This document shows positions 6,636 to 14,408 of a stretch of 26,908 nucleotides of DNA, one piece after another. The DNA comes from a virus (taxonomy: Duplodnaviria > Caudoviricetes): IMG/VR virus record IMGVR_UViG_3300009602_000068, positions 1-26,908 of that record; one strand, given 5' to 3'. The translations under genes were made by a program, and so were the position numbers. Below the pieces are notes generated by a model. The model did not search any database, was not told where the DNA came from, and saw only the letters and a program-made list of their open reading frames with translations. Within the stretch, counting starts at the first letter, position 1. Each line of letters begins with the position of its first letter.

Positions 6636-7612
6636 TAGAAAAGCACCTTCTGAGTAAATCGTTTTACTGCTAACTGTAGATATTCCTCGTTTAACTCAAT
6701 GCCGATAAACTTGCAGCCGTTTTTCTGGGCGACTGCTCCCGTGGTGCCGCTACCTAGAAACGGGTCTAGAACCGTTCCACCTTCAGGGCAGCCTGCCATG
6801 ATGCAAGGTTCTATTAGCTTGGGTGGAAAGGTGGCAAAGTGTGCGCCTGGGTAGGGTGCGGTTGGAATTGTCCAGACGCTTCGCCGGTTGCGGGTTTCAG
6901 GGCCAATAACTACACTTCCTTTTTCGTTTCCGCTTGGCAGCCTGTTAGCCGCTGCTGCGCGGCTTGCCTTTTTCTGATTACCCCACTTTCCTTGAACCTG
7001 CCCAACGCGGTTAATGTCTGCCGCTTCTTTTATGGCGTCTGCATCGTAGTGATACTTGGCTGCCTTAGTTAGGAGAAAGATATATTCATGGGCTTTTGTG
7101 CAGCGATCTGTAACGCTTTCGGGCATTGGGTTGGGTTTGTACCAGATAATATCTTGACGCAGCCACCAGCCGTCTGCTTGCAGGGCAAAGGCTACCCGCC
7201 AGGGTATACCGCAAAGGTCTTTAGGTTTTAGGCCGGGGACTAGCGTGTTGCGGCCTTTTACCCGCCCGCGCACTTTATCGCCCGGCGTTGTCTTGCGACC
7301 ATCGGTGCGAACGTCGACGGCTCCACCGCCGCCGCTGCTGCTGTTGGCGTAACAATCTCCGTAGTTGATCCATAACGTACCGTCTGTTCTAAGCACGCGC
7401 CGCACTTCGCTAAACACTTCCACCATTTTTGATACGTGTTGTTCTGGTGTTTCTTCTAGTCCTAACTGGCCGTCTGTCCCATAATCCCGCAGTCCCCAGT
7501 AGGGCGGGCTAGTCACGACACAATGCACGCTCTCGGCTGGTAGCTCTTTGAGTACCTGCAAGCAGTCGCCGTGATATAGCTCTATATCTTGGCTTGTATG
7601 GTAGGCTTTCAA
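6635..7612 (-). CDS. beta-class DNA amino-methyltransferase (N4-C/N6-A)
   Basis: VTSPPYWGLRDY catalytic motif N-terminal to VLDPFLGSGTT SAM-binding motif, plus HFATFPPKL. Confidence 0.93.
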   Translation of the reverse strand: MKAYHTSQDIELYHGDCLQVLKELPAESVHCVVTSPPYWGLRDYGTDGQLGLEETPEQHVSKMVEVFSEVRRVLRTDGTLWINYGDCYANSSSGGGGAVDVRTDGRKTTPGDKVRGRVKGRNTLVPGLKPKDLCGIPWRVAFALQADGWWLRQDIIWYKPNPMPESVTDRCTKAHEYIFLLTKAAKYHYDADAIKEAADINRVGQVQGKWGNQKKASRAAAANRLPSGNEKGSVVIGPETRNRRSVWTIPTAPYPGAHFATFPPKLIEPCIMAGCPEGGTVLDPFLGSGTTGAVAQKNGCKFIGIELNEEYLQLAVKRFTQKVLF

Positions 7613-8553
7613 GCCGTTACCCCTTCCGCAATAGCGTTTTCTCTCGCCTGGAATACCGCGTCTAGCTGACGCTGGCGTGCGTTGCGCTGGTCGTCTGTTG
7701 TGGCTGTTTGTACTAGCCGCCTTAGCTCTTTGATCTTGCTGGTAAAGCCTAGCTCCCGCTGTAGCTTTGCGTCTTTTGGCACCCCGCCGGGTAAAGGTTC
7801 GGGCCGCCCGTGGTCTGTCTTGGTCGGGTAAAACGTGCTCCAGTTTTTGCCGCTGTCGATGGCTTCAAAGGCAAGGCTTAGCCCCTCGCAGACCTGGGCC
7901 TCTGTGTGCTTGCTGATCCTCTTGAGCAAGTCACGCGGGCCGTTAATGGTCCTGTAAGGGTCTGGGCTGGTCTCTTTCCAAGCCAGCCAACGCTGCAAGG
8001 CTGCCCGTAGGCGTTTGGTCTTGAGGTGCTGCGGTAGTCCAATCTCCGTTTCAATGACTTCCAAAGTACAAACAAAGACAGGCGGCACAGCCGCCGCTGT
8101 TTTTTTGTTTACCTTATTAACCTTGTTTCCTTGTTTATATGTGCTACTTGCTGGTTCGTTGCTTGTTCGTTGCTGCGCCGTTGCTGGCTCTATTGCCTGT
8201 TCTGTGTCCTGTTCTGTGTGCTGGTAACTACTCCAGTTACAGACTGTTACGATTGAATAATGGCTGCTTGCTTGGATGCTGATATTTCCCAGCTGTTCTA
8301 ACTTCTTCATGCGCCGCGCCACGGTGCTAGGTGGGCACTTTAGTTCCCTTGCTGCCGTGTGCCTGCCAAAGACAAATTGCCCAGGTTCAACGTTTACTGT
8401 CGTGAAGCCCCGCCCGGTTTCCATAGGGAAACTTTGTTTTTTCCAGACTGCCCGCATTAGTACCCAGGACCACAGCCGCCAAAGTTCAGCACTGGCGAAA
8501 ACCTGAGAATCTAGGCTTTTTCTGTGTAGCAAAATATAGTTTGTTCTGTCCAT
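7609..8553 (-). CDS. phage replication initiator / replisome organiser
   Basis: N-terminal YILLHRK...LWSWVLMRA...GQFVFGR..AARELK..PSTV.RRMKKLEQLG.I wHTH, low-complexity linker, position after recT. Confidence 0.8.
   Translation of the reverse strand: MDRTNYILLHRKSLDSQVFASAELWRLWSWVLMRAVWKKQSFPMETGRGFTTVNVEPGQFVFGRHTAARELKCPPSTVARRMKKLEQLGNISIQASSHYSIVTVCNWSSYQHTEQDTEQAIEPATAQQRTSNEPASSTYKQGNKVNKVNKKTAAAVPPVFVCTLEVIETEIGLPQHLKTKRLRAALQRWLAWKETSPDPYRTINGPRDLLKRISKHTEAQVCEGLSLAFEAIDSGKNWSTFYPTKTDHGRPEPLPGGVPKDAKLQRELGFTSKIKELRRLVQTATTDDQRNARQRQLDAVFQARENAIAEGVTA
8100..8190. promoter_or_regulatory. putative replication origin inside the initiator gene
   Basis: Four 11-bp tandem units at 8147-8190 (minus strand GAGCCAGCAAC GGCGCAGCAAC GAACAAGCAAC GAACCAGCAAG) next to an AT-rich tract with 9-bp AA(C/T)AAGG repeats at 8100-8140. 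Confidence 0.55.
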
Positions 8554-8566
8554 TTTGTCGCCTTAA

Positions 8567-8631
8567 AGACGGCACGGCGCGACCTGTAGAGCCAGAGACC
8601 GTAAGCCCCAGGCCGCGCGCATGCCGCGCCT
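8567..8631 (-). promoter_or_regulatory. long GC-rich RNA hairpin between recT and the initiator
   Basis: Minus strand CGGCAUG/CGUGCCG, GCGCGGCCUG/CAGGUCGCGC and GGGC/GCUC nested pairings. Confidence 0.6.
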
Positions 8632-8637
8632 CATGAG

Positions 8638-9276
8638 TTACGCTAGGTAGGGAATACGCCCGCTATTAAAGAATCTCTTTATCACTGTTTTTTGTGCCAT
8701 CTGTTGCCAGCTGTCAGCACGCCAGCCACCCTTTACGTGGTCTTTAACGTGCTGGTCTAGCTGTGCCTTGCTTAGGCACTCGAAAGCCTTGGTATCACAG
8801 GGCAGCGTAGCCACGGCGTAGACGTAACGCACCGCGCCCTGCTCTCGCTGCGGGTCGTCGCTTGGCTGGTGCTCAATATTCTCATTGCCGCCCTGGTAGT
8901 AGGTAAAAATATCATCTCCAAAAACTGTGCGGGCGTACATATCTTTAAGCTGCCCGTTGCGCTTAGCCAGTGCTATCAGCCCTTTGTAGCCAAGATCGCA
9001 TTTAAGCACCCCGGAACGTGGCACAAAGTAGAATAAATCCTGCCCAGGTTCTAGGCCGGTTGTTGCTGCTTCGTAGACAGCAGACAGCAAAGATTGCGGG
9101 GCACACTTTAAAAGGTCTGGCTGTGCTTCAAAGATGCCGCAGATACCGCCCGCCCATTGCTCAAAGTGCACGCCAGCAGGAAGCCGCCCTTTTACGTCGT
9201 CATAGTAGCGAGACAGCAGCCCGTCTCTAAACTTCGCCAGGGTTGTGACTGGTTGTTGTGTGGTTGCTGTGCTCAT
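8638..9276 (-). CDS. recT: RecT-family single-strand annealing recombinase
   Basis: LLKCAPQSLL.AV..AA..GLEP...YFVP...LGYKGLIALA.R.G, YVYAVA.L and MAQKTVIKR motifs. Confidence 0.9.
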   Translation of the reverse strand: MSTATTQQPVTTLAKFRDGLLSRYYDDVKGRLPAGVHFEQWAGGICGIFEAQPDLLKCAPQSLLSAVYEAATTGLEPGQDLFYFVPRSGVLKCDLGYKGLIALAKRNGQLKDMYARTVFGDDIFTYYQGGNENIEHQPSDDPQREQGAVRYVYAVATLPCDTKAFECLSKAQLDQHVKDHVKGGWRADSWQQMAQKTVIKRFFNSGRIPYLA

Positions 9277-9285
9277 ATTTCCCCC

Positions 9286-9558
9286 TTAAAAAAGCCGTTG
9301 TTGGCTACCCGGTAACAGTAAACGATATTCAAACATTCTGTGCCCTACGCTAGACAGGCGTTTTTCAATTGTGAAACCATGCGCCCGCAGCGCCCGCAGG
9401 CGTCGTAGCCCTTCGCTGCCGCCTGCCTCTAGTCTTATCCTGTCTGCGGTGTGCCATAAGCCGTCACACAGCAGGCGGTAGACCCGTTGTTCTGCTGCGC
9501 TAAAATCTGCTAAGTCTCTGGTTGTCAGCAGTTCCACAATCGCCCCCTTTTTTGCCAA
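9286..9558 (-). CDS. winged-helix DNA-binding protein (putative)
   Basis: RVYRLL.DG.WHT...I....GG.EGLRRLR.LR..G..IEKR.....FEYRL pattern. Confidence 0.6.
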   Translation of the reverse strand: MAKKGAIVELLTTRDLADFSAAEQRVYRLLCDGLWHTADRIRLEAGGSEGLRRLRALRAHGFTIEKRLSSVGHRMFEYRLLLPGSQQRLF

Positions 9559-9806
9559 AGGCTTTTAAACCATGCCGCGCCGTGCTGCTGGGCGTCTAGT
9601 TCGTTTTGCCGCTGACTGCGGGTTAGCTCACATTTTAAGCACGTGCGCCGCCTCAAGATTAAGCCGCCGCAGATAAAGCACCGTTTAGCCGTTCGCTGTA
9701 TCACTTTTGTAAAACCTCCAACCAATAAGAAGCCCTGCGAACAGGGACGAAAAAAAACAGCTGGCGACTGTATCAATAACAAACACGCCAACCCAGAATA
9801 AGACAC
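9525..9806 (-). CDS. hypothetical protein with CxxC-x9-CxxC motif
   Basis: CFIC...CLKC; fills the gap between co-oriented genes. Start uncertain. Confidence 0.4.
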   Translation of the reverse strand: MSYSGLACLLLIQSPAVFFRPCSQGFLLVGGFTKVIQRTAKRCFICGGLILRRRTCLKCELTRSQRQNELDAQQHGAAWFKSLWQKRGRLWNC

Positions 9807-10030
9807 TAACCGCCGCCGCTGTTGCTAGGTTGTTTACGCTCATCTATAAAAGCCTCCAAGTCTGCGACAGGCACGCGGTAAATTTTATATGTACCGCTGC
9901 CGATATTAACCACCGCCAGCCTGCCCGCACCTATTAACCGCCGCACCGTACTGACAGACACTTGTAGCCTGTCGGCTACCTGTCGAATGCGCAAGAGAGC
10001 AGGTTCTAGCCCTGTTGAGTCAGTCGCCAT
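9806..10030 (-). CDS. excisionase-like HTH_17 DNA-binding protein (start revised to 10030)
   Basis: LLRIRQVADRLQVSVSTVRRLI..GRL....IG....YRV...DLEAFI; GAAGGGGGA RBS before ATG 10030. Confidence 0.85.
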   Translation of the reverse strand: MATDSTGLEPALLRIRQVADRLQVSVSTVRRLIGAGRLAVVNIGSGTYKIYRVPVADLEAFIDERKQPSNSGGG

Positions 10031-10074
10031 TATTCCCCCTTCCGCTTTAATCAAAAGTGTTCAACTTATGGCAA

Positions 10075-10102
10075 ATCATACAGAAGTAGATAATAGCGTC
10101 AA
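10075..10102 (-). promoter_or_regulatory. sigma70-type promoter for the replication operon
   Basis: TTGACG(10102-10097)-16bp-TATGAT(10080-10075). Confidence 0.7.
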
Positions 10103-10259
10103 TACCAATAATTCCGCAGCTGTCCCCCGGTGCCCTGGTTGCGATTCTAACGCACTCTGGGCGGCTTGGTATTGGATAGACGCCAGCAATTCTAAACGGC
10201 TTAGGGTGCCGCTGGTTTGCTCTGCGTGCAAGGTGTGGTCGTGGTGGATTTACTCGGCT

Positions 10260-10379
10260 TTAGAGCCACTTCCACAGCACACGCAAAACAGCGAAGTGCA
10301 TAGCAAGGCCGCTGACAACATAGGCAAGTGCTAGCACTAGGCCAAAGACACAGGACCAGCGTAAACAAAAGTCTGTCAC
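10260..10379 (-). CDS. possible 39-aa membrane peptide (below ORF-track cutoff)
   Basis: GTG...TAA reading MTDFCLRWSCVFGLVLALAYVVSGLAMHFAVLRVLWKWL, directly after 10391..10783. No clear RBS. Confidence 0.35.
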   Translation of the reverse strand: MTDFCLRWSCVFGLVLALAYVVSGLAMHFAVLRVLWKWL

Positions 10380-10390
10380 TATATTTTTTT

Positions 10391-10783
10391 TCATCGTCTG
10401 AACTGCTTTCTTTGGTTCATGGGGAACAGTGCCCGGTTTTCTACTTCCGGGTCATGGATCGAATAGGTTTCTAAGTAGGCCGGGGCTGTGACGCGCACGG
10501 CTTGCAGGCTTCTATCTAACCAGCTGGCACGCCATACCCTGTTGTCGTGGTCGTACCTGGGCGGCTTTGCATCTTTGAGCATGCGCCAGTCACGCACGTA
10601 AAACTCGCCGTCTGCGTGCAGCTGCCAGAATATAAGCTGCGACAGGTGAACACTTGCAACCGTTGAGCCGTCGCTGTGCTCCGTGAAGCTGACAACATGG
10701 TTTAGCTCTATGACGCTAACGCTGTAATCGTCAACTGAATCAGGAACAGTAGAGCAGAAAAGAAGCGACAGCAGAGCAAACAC
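10391..10783 (-). CDS. hypothetical exported protein
   Basis: Hydrophobic N-terminus followed by a beta-rich domain (VIELNH...QLIFW...VRDWR). Confidence 0.65.
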   Translation of the reverse strand: MFALLSLLFCSTVPDSVDDYSVSVIELNHVVSFTEHSDGSTVASVHLSQLIFWQLHADGEFYVRDWRMLKDAKPPRYDHDNRVWRASWLDRSLQAVRVTAPAYLETYSIHDPEVENRALFPMNQRKQFRR

Positions 10784-10818
10784 GATAAACCGACCTTAAA
10801 CCGCTCTGCCTTATTGTA

Positions 10819-11079
10819 TCAAATACCGTCGCCCTCACGCTGCAAACCTTTTTCAACGGTACTGCTTAAACACTCTATTAGGTGGGTTTGTTTCGTTAGG
10901 GCTTCTGTCTGGTGCTCCTGATGTTCTTTAGTGTGCTTTATAAAGTCAATGTGCTCATTAACTACCGCGCGGCCTAGAGGGGCGAAGTATCGGCAGACGC
11001 GCCACAGGAACAACAGTAAGATAAGCACGATTGCAGCGGGAAAACCTACGGCGTTTATTAGTTCTGCGGCCTGTTGCAT
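10819..11079 (-). CDS. holin-like single-TM membrane protein
   Basis: ELINAVGFPAAIVLILLLFLW TM segment plus coiled-coil tail, BhlA/YvrJ-like architecture, in lysis position. Confidence 0.55.
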   Translation of the reverse strand: MQQAAELINAVGFPAAIVLILLLFLWRVCRYFAPLGRAVVNEHIDFIKHTKEHQEHQTEALTKQTHLIECLSSTVEKGLQREGDGI

Positions 11080-11330
11080 TGTTTGCCTTTTCTAAACAGC
11101 CTCTTTAATAGTTGCCGACGTGACGGCGGCAAGTGCGGAGCGGGTAACAACTCACCGCCGCCCGTCGGCGCGTGCACCGGAGGAAGCGCACGCTTTTTCT
11201 CTAGCTCTATTGTTGCAAAACAATAAGAACTTGCTACCGCAATTCTAGCGCGGGCTTTGTCAAGCCCCCCGGCTGGCTGAGTCTGGCAACCTGCGCAAGT
11301 CAGCAGGCATAAAAGAAGTAATCTTTTCAC
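11058..11330 (-). CDS. putative lipoprotein (spanin-like position; start revised to GTG 11330)
   Basis: GTGA overlap with the protease stop. MKRLLLLCLLTCAG-C signal/lipobox and Pro-rich C-terminus. Confidence 0.6.
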   Translation of the reverse strand: MKRLLLLCLLTCAGCQTQPAGGLDKARARIAVASSYCFATIELEKKRALPPVHAPTGGGELLPAPHLPPSRRQLLKRLFRKGKQCNRPQN

Positions 11331-12283
11331 CACCCCAAACGGCTCCAATCGTAACGTTCTGTAAAACCCTCGAAGTCAGCCACGGCGAAACAATCACCAC
11401 TTTCAAGCGCGGTTTGTAGGTCGTCCAGTTCAATAAAGTAAGCCCCGCGTGGCTGGTCGTCACAAAATAGCCCGCCACTTTGCCAACGGTTGCCCCAGCT
11501 GTTTTGAAGCAGTACCCCGCGCCGCGTCTTGCGGTTCTTTTTAATTGCAACGTATCCTAGCCCCCCTACCTGGGCGTGACTCCAACCGGGCCGCACACGC
11601 CGGGCAAAGCCGTCATCGTCGCGTTTTGTATGCCAACCCAGGCCGCAGCATATCATAAAGCCGTAGCCGTTTTGAGTCAGTGCTATTGCCTGCTCCACGT
11701 TTTCGATTCTTACAGTCGTTAAGAACTGGTGCTTCAGGGCTTCTTCTTTTAGTGGCTCTGGTATGCCAGCAGCTGCCCATTTTTTACACTTGGCGATAGA
11801 ATAAGTAGACAAGTCAAACCGCCCGTATTTAGTCTGATGGATTGCCCCGTAAAGCCTCAGAGCCTTTGCTACGGCTGCCCCGTAACTGCCCTGGTAGCGA
11901 CCGAGGTTGCCGCTGATGTCCCGGCTGGCTCCGTAGCAGTAGTCCGGGGCGGTTATGATTGGCCGCCCGTCGCCGTTCCTGGGCCACTTCTCAGCCTCTT
12001 GACGCCATAGAATATCACAAGCCGCGGTAATATCAGCAGCCCGTGAACCTGCAAACCCTGTGCAGCTGCCGTAGCTGCCTTGGTTTAGTGCGTTAAGCCT
12101 GCCCGCTGTTACGTGCTGGCTGCCGCGTAGTACCTGCGTCAGTGCTCTAAAGGGGAAAGCGCTCTTATCTAAGTCAAAAGGCAGGGCGTCAAGCTGCGTC
12201 TTATACTTAGCCGGGATAGTGGAAGCGTAGAGTTCTGTTGCCGCTGGCTGTGGCTTCCAGCCTGTTTTGTTATTTCCAAACAT
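11327..12283 (-). CDS. papain-like (C1 family) cysteine peptidase
   Basis: NQGSYGSCTGFA (oxyanion Gln and catalytic Cys), WSHAQ (His) and LLQNSWG.RW (Asn) in papain order. Confidence 0.88.
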   Translation of the reverse strand: MFGNNKTGWKPQPAATELYASTIPAKYKTQLDALPFDLDKSAFPFRALTQVLRGSQHVTAGRLNALNQGSYGSCTGFAGSRAADITAACDILWRQEAEKWPRNGDGRPIITAPDYCYGASRDISGNLGRYQGSYGAAVAKALRLYGAIHQTKYGRFDLSTYSIAKCKKWAAAGIPEPLKEEALKHQFLTTVRIENVEQAIALTQNGYGFMICCGLGWHTKRDDDGFARRVRPGWSHAQVGGLGYVAIKKNRKTRRGVLLQNSWGNRWQSGGLFCDDQPRGAYFIELDDLQTALESGDCFAVADFEGFTERYDWSRLGW

Positions 12284-12285
12284 AG

Positions 12286-12678
12286 CTACCGCAGCCTGTC
12301 GGCATGGTTTCGGAAAATAGCAACCAACGCTGCGCGGGTTTCGTCTGTTAGCGGCAGCGCGTCGGCCTCCCTGCCAACGCTAGCCGCCGCTTCCAGTTCC
12401 CGCCCTAACTCCTCGAACACCTGGGGAAACGCTGCCCGGTAGCTTTGCCCATAAGTGCTACACCGCCCAAAGTCATCGAATAAAAAGCCAACCCTGCCAA
12501 CCGTTCTAACTACGGGCCGCTCTATCGTGCCGTCGTGCTCCAAGTTCCACGCAAAGGCTGTGAGAATCTCAGCTAGTACAGCCCGCCGGGGCTGCGTCTT
12601 TTGGTCTGGGGATGTTAGCCGTATTGAACCGACTAGCACCACAGCTAGAAGCACCACAAGCAGGTGTTTGTTTTTCAT
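12286..12678 (-). CDS. hypothetical exported/membrane-anchored helical protein
   Basis: MKNKHLLVVLLAVVLVG signal-like N-terminus; translationally coupled. Confidence 0.7.
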   Translation of the reverse strand: MKNKHLLVVLLAVVLVGSIRLTSPDQKTQPRRAVLAEILTAFAWNLEHDGTIERPVVRTVGRVGFLFDDFGRCSTYGQSYRAAFPQVFEELGRELEAAASVGREADALPLTDETRAALVAIFRNHADRLR

Positions 12679-12872
12679 TTATTTAACAGCGTCAACAGGC
12701 CGCTGCCGTTCAGGAACAAATATAGAAGCCCCCCGGCTAACAACAGCCACTTAATTAGCCCGGCTGAGTTCTTAACCAAGTCATTTAAGGGGCGCGGCTT
12801 TATTAGTTTCCACTCGCGCCGCTCTCTTTTTCGGTCGTCGCGCCGGTCTTTTTTGTCGTCGCGTTTGTTCAT
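12675..12872 (-). CDS. small membrane protein with highly charged N-terminus
   Basis: DDKKDRRDDRKRERRE followed by the TM segment LIKWLLLAGGLLYLFL; ATGA-type overlaps on both sides. Confidence 0.65.
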   Translation of the reverse strand: MNKRDDKKDRRDDRKRERREWKLIKPRPLNDLVKNSAGLIKWLLLAGGLLYLFLNGSGLLTLLNK

Positions 12873-13168
12873 TTTTTAGGGGGTTCTTTAATGACTGCTG
12901 GGAGTGCGCCAAGCAGCTGGTCTGCCTGTAAGTCGTCCCCGCATTTGCGGCAATGCTCGCTAAGGCCAACAAGTGCTTTTGCCCTGTCGCTTTTTAGGTT
13001 CTCAATATCGACGGGGGCAGGGGTGTTAAGCAGCTGTTGTAGGATACTCATAAGAATGTTTGATAGCTGCCCGTCTTTATTGTTTCGAGCAAGTAGCAAA
13101 ATGATAATACCAGCAGCGATATAGAGCCACGGGCCGCCGTCTAGTAGTTGCGCTATGTCAAAATCCAT
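12869..13168 (-). CDS. small single-TM protein (start revised to MDFDIA)
   Basis: AAGGGG RBS before ATG 13168; PWLYIAAGIIILLLA TM segment. Confidence 0.65.
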   Translation of the reverse strand: MDFDIAQLLDGGPWLYIAAGIIILLLARNNKDGQLSNILMSILQQLLNTPAPVDIENLKSDRAKALVGLSEHCRKCGDDLQADQLLGALPAVIKEPPKK

Positions 13169-13178
13169 AACCGCCCCT

Positions 13179-14405
13179 TTATGCAAAGTTAGAATTGTCG
13201 ATTCGCTCGTAGAACTGCACCGTCATCGTCGCCATTTGTTCTATTGTGTGTGTGTGCGCGTCGCCCGGTACTGTATGCGTGTGTGCGTCAGCCGTGCCGG
13301 TAAAGGTGCCTGTAACCGTATGCGTGTGCCCAGGGTCTGTAATGCCGTGGCTGTGGCTTAGGTCGTCGCCGCCGGTAATATCCTCGACAACTGTTGTCGG
13401 GTTCATATCTTCGCCTTCGACCTGTATATAGCTGCTAACTTCAACAGTTCCCGCGCTGGTTGAGTTTGTGCTTTCGATGTTGGTCGTCGCGCTGCCAGTG
13501 GTAGCCGACGAACCGCTAATATTAACGCTAACGCCTGTACTGCTCGTTGTCACTGTGTCCGGGGTTGTAGAGCCTGTTGTAGTGCTGGGGCTAACAGTGC
13601 CCGCTGCTGTGCCTGGGGTGCCGTCTAGCGGCACTCTGCCTGTAAAGTTGATTGCTGTCCCCGTCGCTGTCTTTGTGTCGTCCTGGGTGCCGTCCATCGC
13701 GGCCCAGCCGTGCGCCGCTGTTGGCAGGTTGCCAGTCATCATCTTCACGCTACCAACTGCAAGGTCTGACGTATCGCTGATAGCCGACCAGCTAGCAGCA
13801 CTATCGCTCTGATCCTCGAATTCCGCAGCTGCAATAACTTGATCAACAACTACGTTTGGGTCCATATGGGGCGGGCAGGGTAAATAGCAGTCAAAGGCGG
13901 CCCCGGTTTCGTTGGTCCCGTCTTGATCGCACTTCTTAACGCTTACCCAGGCCGTAGCACCGCCCGCACTGGGCAACGTCCCGCCGTGCTGCCAGTACTC
14001 TTGGGCCTTTACATAGGCAATATCTACCGTAGCACCACCACCACCGGCACCACCTGCGCGGCATACCCAACGGGCACTCTTATAGTCGCGCTCTATTGGT
14101 ACATAATCACCGCTAGAGATTGCAGAATCTCCAACGTTGAAAACGGTGTGGCTTTTGGCTGTGTCAGTCATCACGCCCGCGCCGTCAATAGCTTGTACCG
14201 TAAAGTCACCGCTGGCAGCTGTCGCCCCGCTACGTGCAGCAACCGCCCCGGCTGCCTTTGCTATCAGCAAGTCGTCACGCTGCGGGGTTCTGTTGTTGTA
14301 TCTAAGCCGCGATTCTTCGAGGTTCTGCAATTCCGTTCTGAGCTGCTGATGGTCAGCGCGTAGGCTGCGAACTGCTGCGCGGGTTAGTGTATAGCTGTTT
14401 GCCAT
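13179..14405 (-). CDS. tail fibre protein with tail-collar-like domain and HxH repeats
   Basis: VGSVKMMTG..P....GWAAMDG collar-like motif and C-terminal HSH/HTH/HTH/HTH metal-binding repeats. Confidence 0.7.
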   Translation of the reverse strand: MANSYTLTRAAVRSLRADHQQLRTELQNLEESRLRYNNRTPQRDDLLIAKAAGAVAARSGATAASGDFTVQAIDGAGVMTDTAKSHTVFNVGDSAISSGDYVPIERDYKSARWVCRAGGAGGGGATVDIAYVKAQEYWQHGGTLPSAGGATAWVSVKKCDQDGTNETGAAFDCYLPCPPHMDPNVVVDQVIAAAEFEDQSDSAASWSAISDTSDLAVGSVKMMTGNLPTAAHGWAAMDGTQDDTKTATGTAINFTGRVPLDGTPGTAAGTVSPSTTTGSTTPDTVTTSSTGVSVNISGSSATTGSATTNIESTNSTSAGTVEVSSYIQVEGEDMNPTTVVEDITGGDDLSHSHGITDPGHTHTVTGTFTGTADAHTHTVPGDAHTHTIEQMATMTVQFYERIDNSNFA

Positions 14406-14408
14406 GGT

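Noticed and set aside
876-14405. Diversity-generating retroelement or invertible fibre system
   Set aside because: No reverse transcriptase, no template/variable repeat pair and no invertase seen in the window.
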